From positions 1-64,000 of the IMG/VR virus record IMGVR_UViG_3300032240_001531: a stretch of DNA of 64,000 nucleotides, one strand, 5' to 3'. The notes beneath the pieces are model-generated. The model did no database searches, was not told the origin of the DNA, and was given only the letters and a program-made list of their open reading frames with translations. Shown here one piece after another: positions 7,499 through 17,234 of this stretch (position 1 is its first letter; each line of letters opens with the position of its first letter). The position numbers were made by a program, and so were the translations under genes. This DNA is from a virus (taxonomy: Duplodnaviria > Caudoviricetes).

Positions 7499-8458
7499 AT
7501 GGCTGATAACACCGAAAAATCTGCTGCCGAAGCTATGGCAGGCTCACAAAGTAAAGGTACCAGTTACTTAAAAGATTTGCTTAAATTTAGTACTTTCTCT
7601 GGTAATAACCGTAATAACTCTGGCTCAAACTCAGGTAGTTCATCCTCTAGCTCTAGCTCTACAGTAGGTGGGCAAGGTACAACCGGTAATGGTTGGACTG
7701 CTGAGGACTATAAGAACCACAATGAATATAAGCAAAATGAGCACGCAAGAAGCCAAGACGCTGAAAATAACGCATATGTTCGTGGAGAATCCGTTAAAGA
7801 TAACGACCTTATTCGCACAAACGCCGCGGAAAAAGCAAGGCATAAAAGAAGCCAAGAAGCGGAGAATAACTCGTATATTCGCGGAGAGTCTGTTAAAGAT
7901 AACGACCTTGTTCGTACAAACGCCGCAAAAAATGCAAAATATGCTCGTAAAGAGTTGCAAAGAAACAACGATGTTACTCGTAATAACACAATACTTGAAA
8001 ATGCAAAAAAGAACGGCCAAGTATCTAGCATAGATGTTGATCACAAAAGTGGCCGCCAACAGATTAGATTTAACGATTCTCCGGTTAGAGAAACTAACCC
8101 AGGAAATGGCGCAGGTAACCAAGGCGGAAGCACACAGCAAAGTCAACCTGGCGGTAGAAAAGCTCCTGCTGGTAAAGGTAAGCCTAAAGTAGACAACCCT
8201 TTTGAAACTCGTTTTCTTGATGAAGGCGCTAAAAACAGCCAAGATTACTTAGGTGATACTCGAAAGAAGAGTGAGTGGGCGACCATCGATAAGAAAAACC
8301 GTAGAGATGTTGCTAATAGTTACGTTACTAAAGGCGATAAGCTAACTCCAGCGCAAAAGAGACAAAATACTGCTGCTAGGTCATACGCAACCCCTTTTAA
8401 GCCAGGCACCACTGCCGGACAAGCTAAGGCTGGCAGTACTCGTGGAAAAAAGGCTTAA
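7499..8458 (+). CDS. Hydrophilic low-complexity protein with a 33-aa tandem repeat
   Basis: Ser-rich N-terminus; 99-bp duplication at 7741-7938. Confidence 0.75.
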   Translation: MADNTEKSAAEAMAGSQSKGTSYLKDLLKFSTFSGNNRNNSGSNSGSSSSSSSSTVGGQGTTGNGWTAEDYKNHNEYKQNEHARSQDAENNAYVRGESVKDNDLIRTNAAEKARHKRSQEAENNSYIRGESVKDNDLVRTNAAKNAKYARKELQRNNDVTRNNTILENAKKNGQVSSIDVDHKSGRQQIRFNDSPVRETNPGNGAGNQGGSTQQSQPGGRKAPAGKGKPKVDNPFETRFLDEGAKNSQDYLGDTRKKSEWATIDKKNRRDVANSYVTKGDKLTPAQKRQNTAARSYATPFKPGTTAGQAKAGSTRGKKA

Positions 8459-8648
8459 AGTAGATATACGTCGTAAAGGGCCTTTAGCGGCTCGTACAGG
8501 CGCTATAACCTCTACTGACGTATACGAACGTGATGAACGCCCTGTAGGGCGCTCTAGAGAGTTCACAGACGCGCTTATGCGTGCTGGAGACTCTGCGATT
8601 GCAGGTATGCCTACTCATATGAAAGAGTGGGGTAGATGGCGAACGTAA
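8442..8648 (+). CDS. Hypothetical protein
   Basis: Overlapping operon ORF. Confidence 0.55.
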   Translation: MEKRLKVDIRRKGPLAARTGAITSTDVYERDERPVGRSREFTDALMRAGDSAIAGMPTHMKEWGRWRT

Positions 8649-8803
8649 AACGTAAAACAGAGTTTAAAAAAGAAGCACAGTTTAAACCTGTGCAAATAAA
8701 TGATACGCGCTTTGGTATTCGTAAAATATATCTGAATCAATCGGAAAAGCCACAAACTTTTTCATACGCTAATCCCGGCCGTAGCTGGTGGGGAACCAGA
8801 TAA
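8636..8803 (+). CDS. Small hypothetical protein (55 aa, not in ORF track)
   Basis: MANVKRKTEFKKEAQFKPVQ...WWGTR. Confidence 0.55.
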   Translation: MANVKRKTEFKKEAQFKPVQINDTRFGIRKIYLNQSEKPQTFSYANPGRSWWGTR

Positions 8804-8812
8804 TAGGAACTT

Positions 8813-9082
8813 ATGTCTACTGACCAATTAATTGCTCTTATTGCTACGCTTTGTACTATTCTTAGCTTAGGTGGCTTCGTTGTTGCCCGTTTAGTTAAGG
8901 GTTATACGTCTGAGATAGTGAGCACTCTTGTAAAAGACTATTTGTCAGAACTTAAGCCAAATCACGGTTCATCTCTTAGGGATGACATTATTTGCATAAA
9001 AACTGACTTGACTAGCCTCAAAGTAAATGTTGCTACTTTAGAGGGTAAGTTTGACCAGCACATCACGGAGAATATTAGTTAA
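8813..9082 (+). CDS. Single-TM membrane protein with PNHGSS motif (actinophage-type)
   Basis: N-terminal TM, ELKPNHGSSLRD, C-terminal coiled coil. Confidence 0.65.
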   Translation: MSTDQLIALIATLCTILSLGGFVVARLVKGYTSEIVSTLVKDYLSELKPNHGSSLRDDIICIKTDLTSLKVNVATLEGKFDQHITENIS

Positions 9083-9100
9083 ATCTGGTATCATTAGTTA

Positions 9101-9268
9101 ATGCGAATAACTAATCATCAAGCTTACCAAGGACATCCGGTTCCTACGCATGTTTATTATGCCGCTCCTGGAGAAATCCCATTAGACTACGAGATTCTTG
9201 AAGAACCTGAAATGGTCTATGAAGAAGGCACTATCCCAATTGATGACGATATGGATGACAACGAGTAA
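9101..9268 (+). CDS. Small acidic protein, leaderless
   Basis: TGGTATCAT extended -10 lies 6 nt before the ATG; couples to next ORF. Confidence 0.55.
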   Translation: MRITNHQAYQGHPVPTHVYYAAPGEIPLDYEILEEPEMVYEEGTIPIDDDMDDNE

Positions 9269-9759
9269 TGGCTAATAAAAGTAATAATCCTTGGAGTAAT
9301 AGAAGAAGAGCCGAAGCGCAAACAGTTGGCAATGACCAAACTAAAAACACTAAATATTGGTTAGATGTGCTTACGGATGAAGAAAACCCTGATGTTGATG
9401 GCCCAAATGATGACAAGTTTGAAGTAGATACTCAAACTAGTTTTCCGTCTCTTACTGCCACCTCATCTACTAACCCAGAAAAACCAAGAACTGTAAAAGC
9501 TGGGTATGATTTTAATGAAGAAAAGTTAATAGTCGTATTTAGAGATGGAACTTGGTGGGAGTATCGCGGAGTATCTGAGTTCATATGGTATGATTTTTTA
9601 TCGGCTGAATCTAAAGGTAGATTTCTTAGGCAATCAGGCCTTGACCAGTGGGCAGATATGGGCCCAGTTGATATCAATGCTATGCCTAAACACCGCAGAG
9701 TCCAGATGACAGAGATGAAAAATTTCTTAGATTATACATACGATAAAAAGGATAAGTAA
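9268..9759 (+). CDS. KTSC-domain protein
   Basis: GYD...LIVVFRDGTWWEYRGV...F..AESKGRF. Confidence 0.75.
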   Translation: MANKSNNPWSNRRRAEAQTVGNDQTKNTKYWLDVLTDEENPDVDGPNDDKFEVDTQTSFPSLTATSSTNPEKPRTVKAGYDFNEEKLIVVFRDGTWWEYRGVSEFIWYDFLSAESKGRFLRQSGLDQWADMGPVDINAMPKHRRVQMTEMKNFLDYTYDKKDK

Positions 9760-9760
9760 A

Positions 9761-10015
9761 TTGCAATCATTCGGTTCACTATATGTTGACACTATTAAAT
9801 TAAAGCACCCAGTTTTTCCTTTGTTTGAATGGGGCTGGAGTCAAGAAACTGAATACCCATTTAGAGCAAGTAAAACTTGCCTAGTGGTTTGGGTACCGTT
9901 TGCTCCGCGAGGTTATGCTTTTGGTATTTGGGGTAGTTCTGTTGATGAAGACGAAGCATTAGGCAAGGTGCTACGTAAACTTGATACTCCTAGCGAGGAA
10001 ATCAAGAAATGGTAA
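9761..10015 (+). CDS. Hypothetical protein
   Basis: Operon ORF, TTG start. Confidence 0.6.
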   Translation: MQSFGSLYVDTIKLKHPVFPLFEWGWSQETEYPFRASKTCLVVWVPFAPRGYAFGIWGSSVDEDEALGKVLRKLDTPSEEIKKW

Positions 10016-10254
10016 GTTTTAAGAAAAAACGTTGGAATAAACCATTTCCAGAAAAGATTTCTAAACGCGTATCTAGGATTCCTAGCGCAGACCTAATAAC
10101 TTGGGCAGATCAAACTTTATATGAATTAGGCCGTTTAATTAGCATTTATCAAAGAGTTCGCACACCAGAAGCTTTAAACGAGCTGGTGATTAGCGCAGAA
10201 GCGTTCCATGCGGTTGTAGAGGAATTGAATAAAAGAACAAATACTACTTTATAA
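10009..10254 (+). CDS. Hypothetical protein
   Basis: 81-aa helical ORF upstream of terminase. Confidence 0.7.
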   Translation: MVSFKKKRWNKPFPEKISKRVSRIPSADLITWADQTLYELGRLISIYQRVRTPEALNELVISAEAFHAVVEELNKRTNTTL

Positions 10255-10367
10255 AGTTTAATGCTTATTTGTGATAGTATTGTTAAGCCAACCTTCCTTC
10301 TCTCCCGTATGGCACTTAGTAACCCTGAGTCATAACGGCTCAGGGTTACTTTACTTTAAGGCGATAT

Positions 10368-11951
10368 ATGAATAACGACGACGAATTTTACGAAGATGAA
10401 GAACTTGAAGAGCATGAAGATTCGGGCGATTCTGAGTTTGAAGAATATGATGATGGCTTAGATGAGCTATCGCGTGAATTTGTAGACCAGTTAATCGATA
10501 AGATTATGATCTTTATGACTGCTCTTGTAGGTCATCCACTTCGCCCTTATCAGCAACCATTAGCTCGCCGTATTATTGAATCAGTAGTAATTAATGAGGG
10601 TGAGGAAATCACTGCACTTGCCTCTCGTCAGTCAGGTAAGTCTGAGACTGTTGCCGATACTGTAGCTGCGTTAATGGTTATTCTTCCACGCCTTGCCAAA
10701 ATGTACCCTGATTTGTTAGGTAGGTTTAAAGATGGCCTATGGGTAGGTTTGTTTGCCCCTGTTGAAGGTCAGGCTGAAACCTTGTTCTCCCGCGTTATCT
10801 CACGCCTTACTAGTGAACACGCCCTTGCTGTTTTGGAAGACCCTGAGATTGATGATGAGGCTAAAAAGGTTGCTGGTGTAACTAAACAAGTTAAGCTCCT
10901 TAACTCAGGCTCATCAGTCATGATGATGACAGCTAACCCTAGGGCCAAGATTGAATCTAAAACTTTCCATCTTATTGTTATTGATGAGTGCCAAGAAGCA
11001 GATGACTTTATTGTGGCTAAGTCTATTGGTCCTATGCTTGCGTCTACTAACGGTACTATGGTTAAAACCGGTACCCCTACTACGCATAAAAATAACTTCT
11101 ACCGCGCTATCCAATTAAATAAGCGTCGTTCTACTGGGCGTGGCGGAAAGCAAAACCATTTCCAATGGGATTGGCGTGATGTCTCTAAGTTCAGCGATGA
11201 GTACGGCAAGTTTGTTCGTAAAGAGATGTTGCGTATTGGCGAAGATTCTGATGAGTTCCAGATGGCCTATAACTGTAAATGGCTTCTAGAACGCGGTATG
11301 TTTGTATCATCTACCGTTATGGATGAGCTTGGAGATACTTCTCAAAAGACTGTAAAAGCTTGGCACCGTACTCCAGTTATTGTAGGTATTGACCCAGCCC
11401 GTAAGATGGACTCCACAGTAATAACTGTTATCTGGGTGGACTGGGATAGGCCTGATGAATTTGGTTATTATGACCACCGCATCCTAAATTGGCTTGAAAT
11501 CCAAAATGATGACTGGGAGGACCAATACTTTCAAATTGTAAGTTTCCTTGAAAACTACAACATACTGTATGTAGGCGTAGACGCTAATGGTGTGGGTGAC
11601 GCAGTGGCTCAACGCCTTCGTTTGCTTCTTCCTAGAGCAGAGGTTATCTCTGTAGGAAGTAGCCAGCAAGAGCAGTCAAAGCGATGGAAGCATCTTAAAA
11701 CCCTTATTGAACGCCGACTTATTGGTTGGCCAGCTCACGCTGAAACGCGCAGGTCACGGTCTTGGAAGCGTTTTTATCAGCAGATGACTGACCTTGAAGT
11801 TAAGTTCCAAGGACCTAACTTTCTTGCTCATGCTCCAGAAGAAGCCCATGCCCACGACGATTACGCCGATAGTTTGGCTATTGCCATCAGCCTGACCCTC
11901 GATTTAACTATGCCTTCTGTAGAAGTAACTTCTTCACCATTTTTCAGATAA
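10368..11951 (+). CDS. Terminase large subunit
   Basis: Walker A ASRQSGKS, Walker B IVIDECQ, TGTP motif, nuclease GIDPA and HDDYADS. Confidence 0.95.
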   Translation: MNNDDEFYEDEELEEHEDSGDSEFEEYDDGLDELSREFVDQLIDKIMIFMTALVGHPLRPYQQPLARRIIESVVINEGEEITALASRQSGKSETVADTVAALMVILPRLAKMYPDLLGRFKDGLWVGLFAPVEGQAETLFSRVISRLTSEHALAVLEDPEIDDEAKKVAGVTKQVKLLNSGSSVMMMTANPRAKIESKTFHLIVIDECQEADDFIVAKSIGPMLASTNGTMVKTGTPTTHKNNFYRAIQLNKRRSTGRGGKQNHFQWDWRDVSKFSDEYGKFVRKEMLRIGEDSDEFQMAYNCKWLLERGMFVSSTVMDELGDTSQKTVKAWHRTPVIVGIDPARKMDSTVITVIWVDWDRPDEFGYYDHRILNWLEIQNDDWEDQYFQIVSFLENYNILYVGVDANGVGDAVAQRLRLLLPRAEVISVGSSQQEQSKRWKHLKTLIERRLIGWPAHAETRRSRSWKRFYQQMTDLEVKFQGPNFLAHAPEEAHAHDDYADSLAIAISLTLDLTMPSVEVTSSPFFR

Positions 11952-12027
11952 ATTACGTTTATCCTGCAAAAAATCGGTTTTAGTATAAAACTTGTATAGA
12001 GGCCTCAACCTTTATTAGGAGATATTA

Positions 12028-12426
12028 ATGTCAATTGCACCAGACCCAAAATTCCCAGAACGCGCTCCAGTCACTTACGACCGTAAGATGTCTCCAGCAG
12101 TTCCTGGTCAGCGTGGACCTCTTCGTTTTGAAGAAGGTATCGGAACTGACACAGACGTACCAGACGAGTTTATGCTCGGAGCTCAGCAGGGGTACACCCC
12201 AGCTGCTGGTCGTCCAAACCGCAACGCCGCTGTACACACCAAGACTGCTGAAGAAACCATGAGCGAACGTGCTCACGTTGGTTCAGCTGCATGGGTGGAA
12301 GCACCAGATTACCTAAGTGAATTCTCAGGCTCTGCCTTTGAAGACCACGGCTCAAACGTTATTGAAACTGTTACTCGTAGCGGTTCACGTCAACAGCATC
12401 CAAACCCTGCTCAGGTTCAGGACTAG
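12028..12426 (+). CDS. Hypothetical head-region protein
   Basis: Strong AGGAG RBS; lies between terminase and portal. Confidence 0.75.
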   Translation: MSIAPDPKFPERAPVTYDRKMSPAVPGQRGPLRFEEGIGTDTDVPDEFMLGAQQGYTPAAGRPNRNAAVHTKTAEETMSERAHVGSAAWVEAPDYLSEFSGSAFEDHGSNVIETVTRSGSRQQHPNPAQVQD

Positions 12427-12505
12427 GTAAAAAACTCTTAGGCTACCTTGCATACCACTGATGATGGGATGCGAGGTGGTTTAAGTACTTTTAAGGCGGT
12501 GAATT

Positions 12506-12823
12506 ATGGCTCTCATTAAGGGTCAAGAAGTAAAAGAGACGCCACATCAATACCCCACAAATCCACGTCTCTGGAACTTAATTACTACTCAAGCAAAAAC
12601 TCGTTTTTCCAAATATCCTTCCCCGGCCGCTGCTCACTGGGTGCACAGCAAATATATTCAACTTGGCGGTCAATTTGTTGACTCTAAAAAAGATGTTGAC
12701 CCGCGTATGCGTGACCGTGCTCAAGAAGAGATGGACAAAAAAGAAGAGCAACAAAAAGCCTCTATACGCAAAGATGTAAATAAGAAAGTAACTAAAAAGG
12801 TTACTAGGCCAATTGCTAAATAG
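12506..12823 (+). CDS. Hypothetical protein (YPSxxAxxW motif)
   Basis: 105-aa ORF with RBS. Confidence 0.7.
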   Translation: MALIKGQEVKETPHQYPTNPRLWNLITTQAKTRFSKYPSPAAAHWVHSKYIQLGGQFVDSKKDVDPRMRDRAQEEMDKKEEQQKASIRKDVNKKVTKKVTRPIAK

Positions 12824-12898
12824 TAATACCGTAAAAAAATAAGTGGATTATGCGTTACACTATAACTATCACTAAACTTACTGAAGGCGCTTTATAGC

Positions 12899-14623
12899 AT
12901 GTCGATTGACTTTTCCCCACCGTCATATAGAGCCGCATCGTCTGACCTTACAATCAGCATTTCCCCTCTGGGCCTTGTAGAGCTTGCTGATGAGGAGTTT
13001 GAAGTACACGGTCCTCGTCTAAACCGTTACTCACTTAACTGGGCTATGTACCTTGGCCACCACACTTCTTTTCGCCGTCAAGCCGGTGAGCCATCTATTG
13101 TATTGAATTATTACCGTGCTATTACGGACTTTATTATTAACTTTACATTTAGCAAGGGTGTACAATTCCGCAGCGCTAAAGCTACCGAAGCTATTGTGCC
13201 TACGCTACTTGAGCGTGTTTGGGAAGTAGATAATAATAAAGCCACTGTACTTTGGGAAATTGGCCAACAGGGCGGTGTATCTGGCGACTGCTTTATCAAG
13301 GTGGCTTATGAAGAAGGTTATGAAGACCCTGCTGGTGGTATCCATCCAGGCCGTGTTCGTGTTCTCCCACTTAACTCCTCTTTTGCCTTTCCTGAGTTTC
13401 ACCCTCACGACCGTGAGCGCTTAATCAGATTTAAGCTTAAGTATCGTTTTTGGGGCACATCTTTAGAAGGTACTCGCCAGGTTTATACCTATACTGAGAT
13501 TCTTACTGATGACACCATTGAAGAGTACATCAATGACGAGATGATTGACTCTCGCCCAAATCCATTGGGTGTTATTCCTGTTATCCATATTGCTAACGTT
13601 CGTGTATCAGGTTCTCCTTGGGGTCTATCTGACTGTAATGAAATGATTAGCATTAACCGTGTTTATAACGAAACTGCTACAGATATTGCAGATATTATCA
13701 ATTACCACTCAGCTCCTGTTACCGTGATTATTGGTGCTAAAGCTTCTCAATTGGAGAAGGGCGCTAATAAAGTTTGGGGTGGTCTACCAAAGGATGCTAA
13801 GGTTGAAAACCTTGAAGGTGGAGGCCAAGGTCTAAAGGGCGCTATGGAGTTCATGGACCGCCTAAAGAAGGCCATGCATGAAATGACTGGTGTGCCTGAG
13901 ACTGCTCTAGGTCAAGCACAGCCTATTTCTAATACTTCTGGTGTTGCACTTTCTATTCAGTTCCAACCTTTGATGAACCGTTACCACCAAAAGATTGTTC
14001 AATATGCCCATGGACTAGAGCGTGTTAATGAACTTATCCTTCGTACTCTTGCGTTTAAAGAGCCTGAAACATTCTCTTATGACCCAAATACAGAAGGTAC
14101 CCCTGAGCCAGACCAGGTTATTCAACTAGACCCTGCTGACCCAGAAACTTACCGAACTTACTGCCACTTCCCTCCACCATTGCCTCTAGATAAGTTAATC
14201 GTATTGAACGAAATTCAGTCATTGCTATCGCTTGGTTTGCAGTCTAAAGAAGGCGCTTTGCGTGAGCTTGGTGAAGAGTTCCCTGCGGCAGTGCTTCAGG
14301 AAATTCGTAAAGAACTTATTGATGACGCAGTTGCTGATGGTGCGCTACGCCTTGTACAAACTGAAATTGACCAAGAGATTATGGCTATGACAGGCCAGAT
14401 GGCTCCGCCTGATGGTACTACTGGAGGTGGCGGTGCTACTCCAGGTGCAGGTGCCGCGGGTCCTGCTGCTGGAGCACAACCACCAGTTGCTGGTCCTGCA
14501 TTAGACCCAGAGACTATGGGTAACCTACAACTTGGCGAAGCAGAACTACGAAACCGCTTGGTCACAGAAGCTTATGGAACAAAATTACCTACTAAGAATG
14601 TTCCGCAAGATTATCAAAAATAA
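12899..14623 (+). CDS. Portal protein (SPP1 gp6-like)
   Basis: NPLGVIPVIH, SGVAL motif, size and synteny. Confidence 0.9.
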   Translation: MSIDFSPPSYRAASSDLTISISPLGLVELADEEFEVHGPRLNRYSLNWAMYLGHHTSFRRQAGEPSIVLNYYRAITDFIINFTFSKGVQFRSAKATEAIVPTLLERVWEVDNNKATVLWEIGQQGGVSGDCFIKVAYEEGYEDPAGGIHPGRVRVLPLNSSFAFPEFHPHDRERLIRFKLKYRFWGTSLEGTRQVYTYTEILTDDTIEEYINDEMIDSRPNPLGVIPVIHIANVRVSGSPWGLSDCNEMISINRVYNETATDIADIINYHSAPVTVIIGAKASQLEKGANKVWGGLPKDAKVENLEGGGQGLKGAMEFMDRLKKAMHEMTGVPETALGQAQPISNTSGVALSIQFQPLMNRYHQKIVQYAHGLERVNELILRTLAFKEPETFSYDPNTEGTPEPDQVIQLDPADPETYRTYCHFPPPLPLDKLIVLNEIQSLLSLGLQSKEGALRELGEEFPAAVLQEIRKELIDDAVADGALRLVQTEIDQEIMAMTGQMAPPDGTTGGGGATPGAGAAGPAAGAQPPVAGPALDPETMGNLQLGEAELRNRLVTEAYGTKLPTKNVPQDYQK

Positions 14624-14748
14624 TTTTGATTTAGCAACAAAAACGCTATATAAAGCGTAAAACTTAATATTAGAACATAACGTGCGGCTACATGTGCTAC
14701 GTGTCGAAAGATACATTCGGAAAACGCCCTATAAAACTAAGGATATAA

Positions 14749-15552
14749 ATGAGTACAGCAGAATCAACACCGAATGCAGAAGCCTTCCAGGCTGAAGCAG
14801 GAACAGCTCCAACAGTAGCAACGCCTGACGCTAATGCGTCAATTGCTACGTCAGTATCTTCTACTGAAGTACCTGCAACAAATGCCAGAGTCTACACAGA
14901 CGAGGACTTGTCTAAGGTTCGTACACAGGAAAAAGATAAGCTTTATCCGCAAATCGATTCACTAAAAGCAGAACTCGCAGAGATTAAACGTCAACGTGAA
15001 GAAGAGCTTGCAGCGAAGCGTGCGGAAGAAGAGGCCCGTGCCGCTGAAGAGCGCGTAAAGGCCGAAGCTGATATGGACATTCGTGACCTTCTTAAACAGA
15101 AGGAAGGCGAGTGGCAGGAGCAATTGGAGCGTGAGCGTCAAGAACGTGAACGCGCATTTGCACTATTCGAGCGTGAAAAAAACTATGCTGAACTAACCAG
15201 TTACAAGCAGCAATTGCTTGAAACTGAGCGGGATAACATTATTCCCGAGTTGTTGGACCTTGTAACGGGTAACACCCCGGAAGAGGTCTCCGCGAGTGTT
15301 GAAGGCTTGAAAGAGCGTTCAGCTCGTATCCTTGATTCGGCACAGGCAGCGATGCAGAATGCCCGCAAGGAAATGACGGGTAGTCGGGTAACCGCGCCAC
15401 CCACCGGACCATTGGATATCAATTCGGAACAACGTACACTCACGGCTCAAGAAATTGCAGCCATGCCGATGAACGAATATGCACAATATCGTCAACGTCT
15501 TCTAAGCGATAAAGCTCGAGGACGCGGACAGGGTTTGTTCGGGAACCCATAA
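14749..15552 (+). CDS. Capsid scaffolding protein
   Basis: Charged coiled coil; C-terminal IAAMPMNEYAQYR; directly before capsid gene. Confidence 0.8.
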   Translation: MSTAESTPNAEAFQAEAGTAPTVATPDANASIATSVSSTEVPATNARVYTDEDLSKVRTQEKDKLYPQIDSLKAELAEIKRQREEELAAKRAEEEARAAEERVKAEADMDIRDLLKQKEGEWQEQLERERQERERAFALFEREKNYAELTSYKQQLLETERDNIIPELLDLVTGNTPEEVSASVEGLKERSARILDSAQAAMQNARKEMTGSRVTAPPTGPLDINSEQRTLTAQEIAAMPMNEYAQYRQRLLSDKARGRGQGLFGNP

Positions 15553-15589
15553 AACTAATAACGTCAATTTAATTTAGGAGCCCACACAA

Positions 15590-16678
15590 ATGGCATCAGG
15601 TATTACGGGAACCGGCAATTTAGCTGCCGCCCCAACCTCGTACTCCGGTACAAACACCCAGCTAACTCAGGCGATTCAGCAAATCTGGTCAAAGGAAATA
15701 CTTTTCCAGGCTATGCCGATTCTTCGCTTTGAGCAGTTCGCAGTTAAGAAGACAGAACTTGGTGTTGCACCAGGTCTTCAGATTAACTTCCTGCGTTACA
15801 ACAACCTAGGCTTCGCTTCGGCGCTTGTTGAAGGTGTTCGTATGCAGACCAACGCACTAACAGCACAGCAGTTCTCAATCACAGTATCAGAGCACGGCTA
15901 CGCACTTGCAGTTTCAGAGCTATTGCTAAACGCATCTTTCGATGACGTTATGGCTTCAGCTTCTCGTCTGCTTGGACGTAACATGGCTCTATACCTAGAC
16001 AAGCTAAGCCGCGACACTTTGTACGGTGCAACATCTCAAATCTGGGGTGAAGACCGCACAAACATGACCGCTATCACTAACGGAACTGGTAACTTCAACC
16101 AGTACGGTTATGGTACAAACGGTTCAAGCAACGCTGGTATGACTGGTAACTATCACTTGACTCCACGTACCGTTAAGGACGCAGTCGAGAACCTATCAAC
16201 TAAGAACATTCCAAGACTAGGCGAAACCTATGTTGCATTCGTTCACCCTCACCAGTCACGTCGTCTACGCGACACTGCTGAGTTCATCGAAGTAACTAAG
16301 TACGCTGCTCCTGGTAACTTCATGCTAGGTGAAATCGGTCGTCTATATGACACCGTGTTCATCGAAACAACACAGGTCCGTAAGGTAACTAACGGTGCTG
16401 GTTCTGGTTGGACTGTTGACACAGCTGTTTCTAACCCAGTTCCTGCTGCCGGTGGTGGTTACGTAGCTCCTGCTGAATGGACCGGTAACGGTAACCAGGA
16501 CCGCTATGACGCTATCTTCATTGGAGATAACGCATTCGGACACGCTATCTCACTTCCAGTTGAGCTTCGTGACGGTGGTATTCTAGACTTCGGTCGTGAA
16601 CACGCACTAGCATGGTACTCGATTTTCGGTCTAGGTCTAATCACTGACCAGGCTGTAATCGTAGCTTCAACAAACTAA
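15590..16678 (+). CDS. Major capsid protein (N4-gp56-like, HK97 fold)
   Basis: YVAFVHP, GEIGRL, DFGREHALAWY motifs; strong codon bias. Confidence 0.9.
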   Translation: MASGITGTGNLAAAPTSYSGTNTQLTQAIQQIWSKEILFQAMPILRFEQFAVKKTELGVAPGLQINFLRYNNLGFASALVEGVRMQTNALTAQQFSITVSEHGYALAVSELLLNASFDDVMASASRLLGRNMALYLDKLSRDTLYGATSQIWGEDRTNMTAITNGTGNFNQYGYGTNGSSNAGMTGNYHLTPRTVKDAVENLSTKNIPRLGETYVAFVHPHQSRRLRDTAEFIEVTKYAAPGNFMLGEIGRLYDTVFIETTQVRKVTNGAGSGWTVDTAVSNPVPAAGGGYVAPAEWTGNGNQDRYDAIFIGDNAFGHAISLPVELRDGGILDFGREHALAWYSIFGLGLITDQAVIVASTN

Positions 16679-16685
16679 TTGTGCT

Positions 16686-16712
16686 AGGGGGGTCAGCAAT
16701 GGCCCCCCTTTT
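16686..16712 (+). terminator. Intrinsic terminator after capsid gene
   Basis: AGGGGGGTCA-GCAA-TGGCCCCCCTTTT. Confidence 0.8.
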
Positions 16713-16754
16713 ACAACCCCCGCAATACCGAGACACTAATTAGGAGAATACCCC

Positions 16755-17123
16755 GTGGCAACACAAAAAAAACCGGCAGACTTTACAGGTCGCCAAAGAG
16801 ATGCCCTTGTCGCACAGCAGCTAGAGGACCAGGCAAGTCGTGCAAACGAACTTGCTATGGCTACCGCAGAAGCTGCTCGTAAAGTAGAGACAGAAGTCAT
16901 CGACGCTACAGTGCCTAACAGGCCACAGCCAATCCTTTTGGATGAAGTTGTTAAGAGCGAAGATAAGGCTGCAACAGTCACTATTAGAGTATCTGATGAT
17001 ATTGAAGGTATGACCTTCGGTCCTGGAAACTACTACAACTTTAAAGCAGGTCAGAAGTATGAAGTTACTCCAGAACTAGCAGCTCATCTTGAGCTAAAGG
17101 GTTACGTATCAGCAAGATACTAA
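16755..17123 (+). CDS. Head-associated hypothetical protein
   Basis: AGGAG RBS; position after capsid gene. Confidence 0.7.
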   Translation: MATQKKPADFTGRQRDALVAQQLEDQASRANELAMATAEAARKVETEVIDATVPNRPQPILLDEVVKSEDKAATVTIRVSDDIEGMTFGPGNYYNFKAGQKYEVTPELAAHLELKGYVSARY

Positions 17124-17140
17124 ACACTACTTCAGATGGG

Positions 17141-17170
17141 GCAGCGGGCTTAGTGCCCGCTGTTTCGTTT
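17141..17170 (+). terminator. Intrinsic terminator
   Basis: GCAGCGGGC-TTAGT-GCCCGCTGTTT. Confidence 0.65.
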
Positions 17171-17234
17171 ATCCAGACTTTTTGTACGTTCTAAGTCATT
17201 ATAGAAGTGACTCATTTGTTAGGTTGGGCTTAAT

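Noticed and set aside
12442-12482. Hammerhead ribozyme suggested by CTGATGA in a hairpin
   Set aside because: No GAAA core strand or three-stem junction is visible; it looks like a simple stem-loop.
10009-15552. Small terminase and prohead protease assignments
   Set aside because: No ORF shows motifs I can recognise; they may be divergent or lie outside the window.
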